DNA of 64,000 nucleotides from Alphaproteobacteria bacterium (lineage in GTDB: Bacteria > Pseudomonadota > Alphaproteobacteria > RF32 > CAG-239), in NCBI GenBank assembly GCA_045111335.1, contig JBGUGE010000002.1, positions 1,032 to 65,031 of the forward strand, given 5' to 3'. This document shows, in pieces, positions 47,973 through 57,937 of the stretch. Both the position numbers and the translations under genes were made by a program. The notes under the pieces are model-generated. The model had not been told where the DNA came from. It saw only the letters and a program-made list of their open reading frames with translations, and did not search any database. How positions within the stretch are numbered: the first letter of the stretch is position 1; the number at the start of each line of letters is the position of its first letter.

Positions 47973-48620
47973 TTAAGGCAAAAACTTTTGAATTTCAGCT
48001 GTGTCTTGATGTCTATCCACATAAAAAATGCGTTGGTGCGGCAGAGTATGGCGTGCGGCAATAAATTCCGGCGTGTATTCAATCCATACCGCCTGCGGCT
48101 GATTCTTTTGCAAATAAAAGGCGGCGGCGTCGATGTTATGCACCTCAAAATACGAGATATTACGGGCTGCCAACCATTCATGCAGTTTGTCCGTATGAGG
48201 CGAGAATTTATCTAAAAGCAGCAATTGCGGATTTTTATGGCCGAAGCTGTAACTTTCTACGATGTCTGCCAATTTGTGAAAATCAAGCGGCATGGTCAGA
48301 TAATGCGCCACGCGCGGATGCACTTCAAAAGTTTCACCGACAGATCTCATAATGATAATCGGGTAATGCCGGGTACCGGTTTCATTTTCAAAACTTTGGA
48401 TGGTTGCGGCGGTCTGTTTATCGGTTCCGCTCAAATTGAAAATCATTACATCGGGGCTGAGTTCGTGCGCATACTGCAAAAATTGATAGATATTATCGGT
48501 GGTAAACGTTTCAAGCGCCTTGTTGTCAAACATATCAGCAAAGGCCGATTGCACACCGCGTTGCGCATCATAATAAAAAATATTCCCGTAATTTGACTGC
48601 TGTAACATATATTTCTCCAT
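47973..48620 (-). CDS. hypothetical protein
   Basis: 215-aa ORF, no recognised motif. Confidence 0.35.
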   Translation of the reverse strand: MEKYMLQQSNYGNIFYYDAQRGVQSAFADMFDNKALETFTTDNIYQFLQYAHELSPDVMIFNLSGTDKQTAATIQSFENETGTRHYPIIIMRSVGETFEVHPRVAHYLTMPLDFHKLADIVESYSFGHKNPQLLLLDKFSPHTDKLHEWLAARNISYFEVHNIDAAAFYLQKNQPQAVWIEYTPEFIAARHTLPHQRIFYVDRHQDTAEIQKFLP

Positions 48621-48660
48621 CCATGAGCGACGGATAAAATATAATTACGAATCGGCAAAA

Positions 48661-49509
48661 TTAAAGTGGTTGATGTTGCATAAAATAGGCATCAAGAGTG
48701 TTTTGCAACAGCATGGCAATGGTCATCGGACCAACTCCGCCCGGAACCGGAGTGATTGCCGCCGCAGTCGGTAAAACGTCGTCAAAATCAATATCACCGC
48801 AGATTTTGCCGTTTTCGCGGTTAATCCCGACGTCAATCAAAATTGTGTTCGGCTTGAGCCAGTCGTTTTTAACCAACTTGGCAACTCCGCACGCGGCCAC
48901 CAAAATATCGGCTTTACGCGTAAGTTCTTTGATGTTTTTGGTATGGATATGGGTGATTGTAACCGTACATTCCTGATTGAGCATCAGAGTTGCCAGCGGG
49001 CGGCCGACAATCAGCGAAGCGCCGACAATTACCACATTTTTACCGCTTAAATCGGCGCATACGGTCTTAATTAAGGTCATAATGCCGAGCGGTGTAGCGG
49101 CAATAAAATACGGTTTTTCGTTGTTTTGCAACATACCGGTATTATAGGGATGAAAACCGTCAACATCTTTATGCGGCGAAATGCGATTGATGATGCGGTT
49201 GGTATTGAGGTGTGCCGGCAGCGGCAGTTGCACGATAATGCCGTTAATATTGTTGTCGGCGTTGCATTGTTCTATCAGTTGCGACAGGGTGTTTTCGTCG
49301 GTTGATTCATCAAGATGAAACAGCTCGGTTTCAAGTCCGATTTCCGCGGCGGCCTTTTGTTTGTTGCGGACATAAATCAGACTGGAATCATCGTTGCCGA
49401 CCAAGATGATGGCTAATTTAGGCGTCTGCGGCAAGGTGATGATTTTTTGCTTTAAGCTGTCGCGAATCCGGGCAGCGATGCGGCGTCCGTCAATAATTTG
49501 AGCTGTCAT
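48661..49509 (-). CDS. folD: bifunctional methylenetetrahydrofolate dehydrogenase/cyclohydrolase
   Basis: MTAQIIDGRRIA N-terminus. NAD(P) binding GxSxxxGxP (GASLIVGRPLA). Confidence 0.9.
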   Translation of the reverse strand: MTAQIIDGRRIAARIRDSLKQKIITLPQTPKLAIILVGNDDSSLIYVRNKQKAAAEIGLETELFHLDESTDENTLSQLIEQCNADNNINGIIVQLPLPAHLNTNRIINRISPHKDVDGFHPYNTGMLQNNEKPYFIAATPLGIMTLIKTVCADLSGKNVVIVGASLIVGRPLATLMLNQECTVTITHIHTKNIKELTRKADILVAACGVAKLVKNDWLKPNTILIDVGINRENGKICGDIDFDDVLPTAAAITPVPGGVGPMTIAMLLQNTLDAYFMQHQPL

Positions 49510-49828
49510 CTTCGGTTCCTTTAACTAAATTGTTCAATTTTTCTGTCAGTTGCGTTGTCAGAGGTTGGTCCACAAAAAATTTTTTGTAGTGATTGCCGGC
49601 ACCTGCCGTCAGGGATATATTCTGTTTGGGAATCCCCAATCTTTTAGCGAGCATTTTTATCAATTCTTTGTTGGCTTTGCCTTTTTCGGGAGCAACGGTT
49701 ACACCGGCTTTCAAGTAGACAGTATCATCAACGTACGTTAAAAGCTCGCCAAAGTCGCATACCGATGCGTTGGGTGTCAACTTAATGCGGATAAAAAATC
49801 CGTTGTCGGCAGGTTCAAAAAAAGACAT
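49490..49828 (-). CDS. DUF167 (YggU) family protein
   Basis: PEKGKANKELIKMLAKRLGIPKQNISLTAGAGNHYK matches the family core. Adjacent to yggT. Confidence 0.6.
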   Translation of the reverse strand: MSFFEPADNGFFIRIKLTPNASVCDFGELLTYVDDTVYLKAGVTVAPEKGKANKELIKMLAKRLGIPKQNISLTAGAGNHYKKFFVDQPLTTQLTEKLNNLVKGTEDDSSNY

Positions 49829-49841
49829 TTATGCCACGCGA

Positions 49842-50159
49842 TTAGGCCGGATATTCAAGCCACTTGGTCAGATAAGAAATGAACTGATAAACAAAAATGA
49901 TAATCAGTAGCAAAACATACGGGGCAACATCGTAGCCGGAAATCGGCGGAACTTTTTGTCGCACCATTTTATAGACCGGCTCGGTCAGGTTTTTCAAAAT
50001 TTCCATAAATTTTTCCGCATACTTGTTGTGGACAGACATCAGTTTGTAGTGCAACATCCAATAAAGAATAATATCCACGGCAACTACTTTGAAATAAATA
50101 TCAACCACAATGCTGAGAATATTCAGAAGAGGTAGCAGAAATAAGCTAAAAATTCCCAT
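49842..50159 (-). CDS. yggT: YggT family membrane protein
   Basis: Two TM helices. ~100 aa. yggT-yggU adjacency. Confidence 0.55.
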   Translation of the reverse strand: MGIFSLFLLPLLNILSIVVDIYFKVVAVDIILYWMLHYKLMSVHNKYAEKFMEILKNLTEPVYKMVRQKVPPISGYDVAPYVLLLIIIFVYQFISYLTKWLEYPA

Positions 50160-50172
50160 TTTTTTTTACTCC

Positions 50173-51081
50173 TTAATTAAGATTGTCATCGCCCGGCGGC
50201 GACGCTTTTGACTTTTCTAACACAAGAAATCTGTTCTTGTCAAATCTTCTTTTATTATATGTACCGCGCAACTGAGCAATACGCCTGCTGATTTCTTCTT
50301 CACGCGAGGTTGCTTCGGATTTTTCCGGTTCTTCGTTTTGCGGTGCGGCCACAGCTGTGGAAGTTGTTTCGGCCGGAGTTGTTACCTCAAGCCGTAATTC
50401 CAACAACATAATTCTTTTGAGCCAATTTTCCGCATTAAAATCTTCAGTCAGATCGGTATCGTCTTCATGATCTATGCCTAAGCTGGAACGCTCTTTGGGG
50501 CTGAAATTATAATCATAACCCAAACTTTGCAACGATTTGAGCATTCTGTAAATAGGTTTGGCCCGCTCGTATTCATCGCGTTCCACCTCAGTTTCAACCT
50601 CATCACGCGTATAATTCATGATTAAGTCGCGGATTTCGCGCAAACGAGTGATATTGAGGCGCAGTTCGTCCAAACGCTGCGAATCTTCCGGATCGGTAAC
50701 GCGCAGCAGGCAAAAGGCCGTGAACAGCGTAAACTCGTAGCGATCGGTCATATTCAGAAAATCGGTTCTTTCTTCGTAGTCTTCGCGCGTGATATAGCCG
50801 TCGTTCATGTGCTTCATGATGTTTGCGGCATTTTCCAAGATCTCGTAGTGTGTTTTTTCGGGAGATTCATATACACAGCTGACGGTCAGTTCTTGCACCA
50901 AGCGCTGCATTATCTCATATTTGGTATAAGTTTTGCCGCTGAATTCTACCACATAATCGTTTGGAGCCAAAATAACCTCACGCAGAATGGTGCAGGCGTT
51001 TTGGCGGCTGACGGCCGGAAAACAATTTTCCGTCGCGTCGTATAATGCGTCAAAATGTGTGCAGCTTTCGTAACGCCCCAT
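50173..51081 (-). CDS. acidic hypothetical protein
   Basis: 302 aa, D/E-rich, no recognised motif. Tightly linked to the TerB-like gene. Confidence 0.4.
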   Translation of the reverse strand: MGRYESCTHFDALYDATENCFPAVSRQNACTILREVILAPNDYVVEFSGKTYTKYEIMQRLVQELTVSCVYESPEKTHYEILENAANIMKHMNDGYITREDYEERTDFLNMTDRYEFTLFTAFCLLRVTDPEDSQRLDELRLNITRLREIRDLIMNYTRDEVETEVERDEYERAKPIYRMLKSLQSLGYDYNFSPKERSSLGIDHEDDTDLTEDFNAENWLKRIMLLELRLEVTTPAETTSTAVAAPQNEEPEKSEATSREEEISRRIAQLRGTYNKRRFDKNRFLVLEKSKASPPGDDNLN

Positions 51082-51084
51082 AAA

Positions 51085-51522
51085 TTATCTTTCCTCAAAA
51101 ATAACTTTTGCCTGTTCTAACCAGAAAATATGGTCGATAACCCAGTTGCTGATTTGCTCGATTTTTTCCATTTCGATGTCAAGAGCAATACCGACCTTGC
51201 CGATAAACAGCGTTTCTTCATCGGAAAGGATGTTATCAACATGCGACAGCATACACATTTCACGTATAAGCTCCATAGCTAAATGGCGATTTTTTATGAT
51301 TTTAACTTTTTTGAGTAATTTTTCTTCGTCCTCAAAGCCTTTCAGGGCATCTAAATCGGTGATTCCCTGAGTTTGCGCCGCCTCTTTGATAAACGTGATT
51401 TCGTTTTTATCGGTAAAACCGTCGGAATCGGCAAGATGGAGCAAAACTTGGAAAAATACCGCTTTTTCCTCCGGTGACGCCGCATCCAAATAAGACGGCA
51501 GAATGTTGGTAATGTTAGACAT
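51085..51522 (-). CDS. TerB-like (tellurite-resistance TerB / DjlA-N-like) domain protein
   Basis: LLHLADSDGFTDKNEITFI ... LIREMCMLSHVDNILSDEE pattern (two helix-Asp repeats). GGAGAAGG RBS 5 nt before MSNITN. Confidence 0.4.
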   Translation of the reverse strand: MSNITNILPSYLDAASPEEKAVFFQVLLHLADSDGFTDKNEITFIKEAAQTQGITDLDALKGFEDEEKLLKKVKIIKNRHLAMELIREMCMLSHVDNILSDEETLFIGKVGIALDIEMEKIEQISNWVIDHIFWLEQAKVIFEER

Positions 51523-51724
51523 ACACCTTCTCCTCAAGACATTAATATAGAGTGTATTTTAATCCAAACAATCTTAAAAAACCATAAATTTTATTGCATT
51601 ATTGTTTTAAATGTGCATTACAACGCGGAGCGCGGTGTTTTTTTGCGTAAAAGATAAAAAATATTTGAATTTTTTGTGATTATGTCTTAATGATGAAGAA
51701 TAATATAAAATCAGGGAAAGAGAA

Positions 51725-53059
51725 GTGTCTGAAAAATATTTTATAAAGACTTTCGGCTGTCAGATGAACGTGTATGATTCGTCGCGTATCTCCGATATGC
51801 TGAAAAATGAAGGCTATGAGGAAACCTCGAGGCAGGCGGAAGCCGATATTGTGCTGTTTAATACCTGCCATATACGAGAAAAAGCGGCGGAAAAGCTGTT
51901 TTCCGATTTGGGACGGGCGCATTTGATTCAATTGGAGCGCGAGGAGGCCGGTAAATCGACGATTATCGGAGTGGTCGGTTGCGTGGTACAGGCGGAAGAT
52001 ACGCAAATTATCAAGAGGGCACCGTTTGTGAATTTTGCTTTGGGACCGCTGATGTATCATAAAATTCCGGAAGTGTTGCGACAAATTAAAGCAAATAAAG
52101 AGCATGAAAGCGTGGTAAATACCGAGTTTCCGGCAGAAAGCAAATTTGATTTTTTGCCGGAAAACAAAGCGCAGGGAGCCTGTTCTTACTTGGCTATTCA
52201 AGAAGGTTGCAACAATTTTTGCACCTATTGTGTGGTACCATACACTCGCGGGGTGGAATATTCACGTCCGGTGGCCGAGGTAATCAAAGAGGCGCGGCGC
52301 TTGTTAGATACGGGTACGCTGGAAATTAATCTTTTAGGGCAAAATGTTAACTCGTATCATGGTGAAGATGAAAACGGAAAAGAGCGAGATTTGGCATATT
52401 TGCTGCATCGGGTGGCAGAGCTTGACGGGATTAAGCGCATTCGTTATACCACGTCGTATCCGGCCGATATGAGCGATGATTTAATCGCTTGCCATAAAGA
52501 TATTGAGGTGTTGATGCCTTATTTGCATTTGCCTATTCAGTCGGGTTCGGATCGGATTTTGAAGGCGATGAATCGGCGTCATACGTCGGGAGATTATTTG
52601 CGAATCGTCGAAAAACTGAAAAAAGCCAACCCGAATATAGGTATGTCTTCGGATTTTATTGTGGGTTTTCCCGATGAAACCGATGCGGATTTTCAGAAGA
52701 CACTTGATGTGGTTAATGAAGTGAAATATATTCAGGCGTTTTCGTTTAAATACAGTCGTCGCGCCGGCACTCCGGCAGCAGTTATGCCAAATCAGGTGGA
52801 AGAAAAGGTTAAAAAAGAACGGCTGGAGATTTTGCAAAATCTGTTGTTTGATTATCAGACCAAGTTTAATCTGAGTTGTGTGGGTAAGGTGATGCCGGTG
52901 CTGTTGGAACAAAAGGGACGGCACAAAGGGCAACTTATCGGGCGCACACCGTATATGCAAAACTTGCATGTTGAAACAAACAGTGCTAACATTAACAAAA
53001 TTATCAATGTGAAGGTGGTTGAAGCAACTACCAATTCCTTAAGCGGAGAGGAGATATAA
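51725..53059 (+). CDS. miaB: tRNA-2-methylthio-N6-dimethylallyladenosine synthase
   Basis: GTG start. FIKTFGCQMNVYDS N-terminus. Radical SAM CxxxCxxC (CNNFCTYC). TRAM domain. Confidence 0.9.
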   Translation: MSEKYFIKTFGCQMNVYDSSRISDMLKNEGYEETSRQAEADIVLFNTCHIREKAAEKLFSDLGRAHLIQLEREEAGKSTIIGVVGCVVQAEDTQIIKRAPFVNFALGPLMYHKIPEVLRQIKANKEHESVVNTEFPAESKFDFLPENKAQGACSYLAIQEGCNNFCTYCVVPYTRGVEYSRPVAEVIKEARRLLDTGTLEINLLGQNVNSYHGEDENGKERDLAYLLHRVAELDGIKRIRYTTSYPADMSDDLIACHKDIEVLMPYLHLPIQSGSDRILKAMNRRHTSGDYLRIVEKLKKANPNIGMSSDFIVGFPDETDADFQKTLDVVNEVKYIQAFSFKYSRRAGTPAAVMPNQVEEKVKKERLEILQNLLFDYQTKFNLSCVGKVMPVLLEQKGRHKGQLIGRTPYMQNLHVETNSANINKIINVKVVEATTNSLSGEEI

Positions 53060-53060
53060 A

Positions 53061-54041
53061 ATGGCGGAAATATGTTTTGAATTGTTTAATAATCAGCTGG
53101 TGCAACAGCTTGTCGGTGAGGCGGACAGCAATTTGCGACTGATTGAAAAAATGCTCAATGTCGAGATTTTGAGCTTCGGTAATCAGATTACGGTTAAGGG
53201 TAGCGCAAGCGATGTTGAAAACGCCAAAACAGCAATCGAAATCTTGTATAACAAAGTCAGTCGCGGGGTTGATGTCGGTGAGCAGGAAGTGAAGGCCGCC
53301 GTCAGAATGAGCGGCGATGTACACACTGAAGATGATAAGCAGAATCTGACCGATATTGTGCTTAAAACCAAAAAACGCTATATTTATCCGCGTTCGGCCA
53401 ATCAGGCAAAATATATTCAGGAAATGATGAAAAACGAGTTGGTCTTCGGCCTCGGACCAGCGGGTACGGGTAAAACTTATTTGGCGGTAGCACTGGCAGT
53501 TTCGATGATGCTGGAAGGTACGATTGATAAGATTATATTGTCGCGTCCGGCGGTGGAGGCCGGCGAAAATTTAGGCTTTTTGCCGGGGGATTTGAAAGAA
53601 AAGGTAGATCCGTATCTGCGCCCGCTGTATGATGCGCTTTATGAGATGTTGCCGGCGGAACAGGTGGATAAAAAATTAGCTTTGGGCGAAATCGAGATTG
53701 CCCCGTTGGCGTTTATGCGCGGCCGCACGCTGGCCAATTCGTTTGTGATTTTGGATGAGGCACAAAATACCACACCGATGCAGATGAAAATGTTTTTAAC
53801 ACGTTTGGGCGAAAATTCGCGCATGGTGGTTAACGGAGACTTAAGTCAGGTCGACCTGCCGCACGGTGTGATTTCAGGCTTGCGGGATGCCCTGAATACA
53901 TTGAAAAACGTCGATAATATCTCGTCGGTAACATTTTCTTCGGAAGATGTGGTGCGTCACGGTTTGGTGGCTAAAATCGTGAAGGCTTATGAAGAAAAAA
54001 GCAAGCGGACTCAAGAGGCGGCACAGTACGAAAATGCCTGA
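53061..54041 (+). CDS. ybeZ: PhoH-like ATPase (PhoH/YbeZ)
   Basis: Walker A GPAGTGKTYLAV. miaB-ybeZ-ybeY synteny. Confidence 0.85.
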   Translation: MAEICFELFNNQLVQQLVGEADSNLRLIEKMLNVEILSFGNQITVKGSASDVENAKTAIEILYNKVSRGVDVGEQEVKAAVRMSGDVHTEDDKQNLTDIVLKTKKRYIYPRSANQAKYIQEMMKNELVFGLGPAGTGKTYLAVALAVSMMLEGTIDKIILSRPAVEAGENLGFLPGDLKEKVDPYLRPLYDALYEMLPAEQVDKKLALGEIEIAPLAFMRGRTLANSFVILDEAQNTTPMQMKMFLTRLGENSRMVVNGDLSQVDLPHGVISGLRDALNTLKNVDNISSVTFSSEDVVRHGLVAKIVKAYEEKSKRTQEAAQYENA

Positions 54042-54555
54042 GATTGTTTTAGAAACGGCAGTTGATGACGCGCGGTGGGAAGTGTCTGTCGAAGATGTAT
54101 CCGGAGTGGCGGAAAAAGTCAAATCCGCCGCTTTCGGCTATCTGTATACGCACGAACATCCGGAGTTTCTGAGAGCCGATAAACCGCTGAAAATCAATGT
54201 TTGTTTGAGCGACGATGCAACGGTGCAACGTCTGAATAAAGATTTTCGCGGGTTGGACAAGCCGACTAATGTGCTGTCGTTTGCCAACTTGGATTTTGAA
54301 AATTTTTCGGCGCAAAACGAACCGTTTGAGGAAATTGAGTTAGGCGATATCATCGTGGCTTATGAAACAATGGTAAGAGAAGCAAAAGAGCAGGGGGTGA
54401 CCCTGTATGCGCATTTTTGCCATTTGCTGACGCACGGTTTTCTGCATCTTGCGGGATATGACCATCAAACGGCGGACGAAGCGATGTATATGGAAAATTT
54501 GGAAAAGGAAATCCTGCAATCTTTAGGGATTGCAAATCCGTACGAGGGGGAATAA
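54037..54555 (+). CDS. ybeY: rRNA maturation endoribonuclease YbeY
   Basis: HGFLHLAGYDH metal-binding motif. Start at MPEIVL, overlapping the ybeZ stop. Confidence 0.85.
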   Translation, partial: PEIVLETAVDDARWEVSVEDVSGVAEKVKSAAFGYLYTHEHPEFLRADKPLKINVCLSDDATVQRLNKDFRGLDKPTNVLSFANLDFENFSAQNEPFEEIELGDIIVAYETMVREAKEQGVTLYAHFCHLLTHGFLHLAGYDHQTADEAMYMENLEKEILQSLGIANPYEGE

Positions 54556-56264
54556 TGGTGCAAAAAACAACCGCGTCGGCGGCAAAATCAAAAAAAATAA
54601 TCCGCAAAACCGCCACAGACGGCAAAAAAAACACGCGTAAAAAAATGCCGTCAACAATCGTGCATACAGAAGAAATTACAGCAATCGAAGAGCCGATTAC
54701 GGAAGATTTGTGGTGGGATGAAAAAGCGGCTAAAATCATTATGAAATACCCGAAGACAACTACTTTTATCTTGGGATGCTTGGCAACGTTGGCATTGCCG
54801 CCGTATTATCAGTTGTGGGCATTGTTTTTGGCGTTTTCCGGCCTGTTGTTTTTGGCATTCGGTACCGGTCGTTTGCGCAAATTGGCCGCGCTCGGGTATT
54901 GGTTCGGATTCGGTTATTTTGCCGCCGGATTTTATTGGATCGGCAATGCCTTGCTGATTGATGTGGTGCAAACCGGTTGGCTGTATCCGTTGGTGTTACT
55001 GTTAAACGGCGCGTTTTTCGGGTTGTTTACGATTTTGCCGGTGATGGTTACCAAGTACGGGCGCAACATATATGCAAAGATTTTGTTGTTTGCGGCGGTG
55101 TGGTGTCTTTCGGTGGAATGGGTACGCAGCTTTTTGCTGACCGGATTTCCGTGGAATCCTCTCAGTTCGGTGCTGACTTTTAAGCCGGTGATGATGCAGA
55201 TTTTATCGGTATTCGGTACTTACGGGACTTCGTTGATTGTGGCGCTGATTGCTTCGTGGCCGGCGGTTTTGTTGGTGCGGCCGAACAAGTTGCGGGCGGC
55301 GGTGGCGTTGTTGGCACTGGTGGCCGGTGCGGGTATTTGGCAGTTTGGTGAATATACATTGGATAAGCGGCCGCAAATTCCCGACGGACATTCGATTATG
55401 GTGCGTTTGGTGCAGCCGAGCATTCCGCAAACCTTAAAATGGGATAAGGCTGCTTTGGAAGAAAATTTGCAAACATACGTCGATTTGAGCCGCGAACGGG
55501 ATATCGGCTATGTTAATTTTACGGTTTGGGGTGAAACGGCGTATCCGTTTGATGTGTTGTATGATGAAAAGCACAATCGAAAATTAAAAGCCGCGGTTCC
55601 GACTTACGGGTATTTGATTACGGGCTTTTTGCGCCGCGTTGATGACGGCTACAATTATACGCCGTACAATTCTTTCGGCGTTATCAATAAAAAAGGTGAA
55701 CTTGTCGGTTGGTATGATAAGAGCCATTTGGTGCCGTTCGGCGAGTATATCCCTCTCAGAAAATATCTGCCGGAATGGGTACGACCGATTGCCAATACGG
55801 TGGCTGAATTCGGGCGCGGTGAAAAGTTCAAGACCTTAAAAATCGAAAATTATCCGGCGTTTGCCCCGCTTATTTGCTATGAAATTATTTTTTCCGATGA
55901 AGTAATCGGCAGAGGTAGCGATAAGCCTAAATGGGCAGTGGTGTTGACCAACGACGGTTGGTACGGCATCAGCTCGGGACCGTATCAGCATTTGGCGGCG
56001 GCGCAGATGCGTGCGGTTGAGGAGGGAATTTCGATAGTGCGCAGCGCCAACAGCGGCATCAGCGCGGTTATCACTCCGTACGGCGAAATCAGAGCGCAAA
56101 TTCCGTTAGGGGCACGCGGCACGGTTGATGCGCTGGTAAAGCCGGATGAGGCACATAAAACACCGTTTTCCGAGCACGGAAATCGGATTCCGTTGGCAAT
56201 GAGCGTGATTGTGATTTTGTTGGCGATGTTGTGTTCTTCGATACCGAGCGCACAAAAGCGATAA
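54555..56264 (+). CDS. lnt: apolipoprotein N-acyltransferase (with ~60-aa Lys-rich N-terminal extension if the first ATG is used)
   Basis: Multi-TM N-domain. CN-hydrolase domain with catalytic Cys in LICYEIIF. Lnt C-terminal TM. Confidence 0.8.
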   Translation: MVQKTTASAAKSKKIIRKTATDGKKNTRKKMPSTIVHTEEITAIEEPITEDLWWDEKAAKIIMKYPKTTTFILGCLATLALPPYYQLWALFLAFSGLLFLAFGTGRLRKLAALGYWFGFGYFAAGFYWIGNALLIDVVQTGWLYPLVLLLNGAFFGLFTILPVMVTKYGRNIYAKILLFAAVWCLSVEWVRSFLLTGFPWNPLSSVLTFKPVMMQILSVFGTYGTSLIVALIASWPAVLLVRPNKLRAAVALLALVAGAGIWQFGEYTLDKRPQIPDGHSIMVRLVQPSIPQTLKWDKAALEENLQTYVDLSRERDIGYVNFTVWGETAYPFDVLYDEKHNRKLKAAVPTYGYLITGFLRRVDDGYNYTPYNSFGVINKKGELVGWYDKSHLVPFGEYIPLRKYLPEWVRPIANTVAEFGRGEKFKTLKIENYPAFAPLICYEIIFSDEVIGRGSDKPKWAVVLTNDGWYGISSGPYQHLAAAQMRAVEEGISIVRSANSGISAVITPYGEIRAQIPLGARGTVDALVKPDEAHKTPFSEHGNRIPLAMSVIVILLAMLCSSIPSAQKR

Positions 56265-56334
56265 CTGAGAAAGCCGCCGGATTGCTCCGACGGCGGGACT
56301 TCATGAAAATACTCTAAGTTTGTTTTGTTGCCGA

Positions 56335-56676
56335 TTAACGGTGGTGATGATGGTGGCCGTGATGATGACCGAACAAAGCATGACCGATAACCGCGCCGGT
56401 AAATCCGACTAACATTCCGGTAGCCACCGGATCATAGTAATATGAACGCGGAGCGGCGGTTTGGCGAACCACTACCGTTTGCGGCGGCTGTTGGACCACA
56501 ACCTGTTGCGGCTGAACATAAACCGGTTGAGGTTGTACCACCACTTGCGAACTCGGTTGGGTGTAAAGTTGTTGTCTGACCACATTGTTTTGGTCAACCA
56601 CAATAATCGTTTCCGCATTGGCCAGCATCGGGCTGAAGATGAGCGAAAAAGCGATTGCAAACATAATTTTTTTCAT
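56335..56676 (-). CDS. secreted His-rich protein with VQPQ-type repeats
   Basis: Signal peptide MKKIMFAIAFSLIFSPMLANA. (V/Q/P)-rich repeats. C-terminus HALFGHHHGHHHHHR. Confidence 0.45.
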   Translation of the reverse strand: MKKIMFAIAFSLIFSPMLANAETIIVVDQNNVVRQQLYTQPSSQVVVQPQPVYVQPQQVVVQQPPQTVVVRQTAAPRSYYYDPVATGMLVGFTGAVIGHALFGHHHGHHHHHR

Positions 56677-56857
56677 TTTTTCCTCCTTAAAATCTGTTGA
56701 TAATTTATATGTAAAATAAAATAAAAAAAATTGCAACAAAATAAATATACATTCAGGTATGTATAATTATATATTGCAACTAACATATTGAATTAACATA
56801 ATAAAAATTTTAAGTTTTTCGAAAAAGAATCTTGTTAAATACTATTTTACCGTCGTT

Positions 56858-57154
56858 TTATTCGACAATCGGGGCTTCATAAGTATATACGATTTCGGTT
56901 TCTTCCGGATTGTCGGTCGGCAGAATCTCGCAAATCAGGAGTTTTTCTTCGTTTTTAAGGATTTCAAACACGTCATCATCCACTTTTTCTAATGTAAAGG
57001 CATCGTTTTTGCGGCGATACAGTTCAACGTTTTTCTGCTCTGGATTAAGGCGTACCAACGGCTCTTCCGGTGCCAAGTCACGTGCGTAAAGTATCAACAT
57101 TACCTCATTTGCGTCACTGATTAAAAAATCAAAGGTATTAACATCAAAAGTCAT
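56858..57154 (-). CDS. small acidic hypothetical protein
   Basis: 98-aa ORF. No motif recognised. Confidence 0.35.
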   Translation of the reverse strand: MTFDVNTFDFLISDANEVMLILYARDLAPEEPLVRLNPEQKNVELYRRKNDAFTLEKVDDDVFEILKNEEKLLICEILPTDNPEETEIVYTYEAPIVE

Positions 57155-57232
57155 CTGCGCCTCCGTGGATTTCAGTTTATTTTAGTGGAATTTTAGGATA
57201 TTTAGGTTAATATTTAGATAATAAGGAAAAAA

Positions 57233-57937
57233 ATGGCACGAATTATTGATTGGATATTGAAAGTGTTAAAATGGCCGACGGCGTTGTTTTTGCTGTTGTC
57301 GGTGCCGGCGCTCTTGCAGTCATTTAATTATTTTAATTTTATGAATGTCAAATTTTATGCTTTGGCCGGTGGAATAGCGGTTTATGTACTGACTATTCTG
57401 ACTGCCGGATATAATAATTGCCACACCATGCAAGTGGTTTCACACGAGTTGACACACACATTTTTTGCGGCGTTGACTTTTCACGGAGCCGGTCGCGTGC
57501 GGGTTAATCCGGACGGTAGCGGAGGCTCCATGGTGGTTAAGGGCGGCGGCAATTGGCTGATTACGATATCGCCGTACTTTTTTCCGTTGTTTGCTTTTTT
57601 ATATATGTTGATTATGCCGGGGCTGTTACGGATAAGCGACGGGCATTGGTTGGTTTACGGTATATACGGCTATTTCATTGCCTATTATTGGGCAACGGTG
57701 ATAGAACAAGTGCATCCCAAGCAGACCGATATCATCAAAGAAGGATACATATTTTCAGCGATTGTGATTGTCGGGGCTAATTTATATACCACCGGAATCG
57801 TGTTGGCCTTTAACAGTAAACTGTGGGCGGGCGTAGATGTTTATTTGCGGCTGGTAAACAAGCTGAACATTGAAAATATGCGCCGCGCGATTGATTTAGT
57901 AACGCAAAATCTTCAGCTCGGCGTGCTCGGTATTTAG
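57233..57937 (+). CDS. M50B-like membrane metalloprotease-like protein
   Basis: Multi-TM. HELTH (HExxH) within a membrane helix. Confidence 0.35.
   Translation: MARIIDWILKVLKWPTALFLLLSVPALLQSFNYFNFMNVKFYALAGGIAVYVLTILTAGYNNCHTMQVVSHELTHTFFAALTFHGAGRVRVNPDGSGGSMVVKGGGNWLITISPYFFPLFAFLYMLIMPGLLRISDGHWLVYGIYGYFIAYYWATVIEQVHPKQTDIIKEGYIFSAIVIVGANLYTTGIVLAFNSKLWAGVDVYLRLVNKLNIENMRRAIDLVTQNLQLGVLGI

Noticed and set aside
51523-51537. Longer start (MRRRCM) for the TerB-like gene
   Set aside because: A strong GGAGAAGG RBS sits 5 nt upstream of the internal ATG (MSNITN). The extension lacks an RBS.
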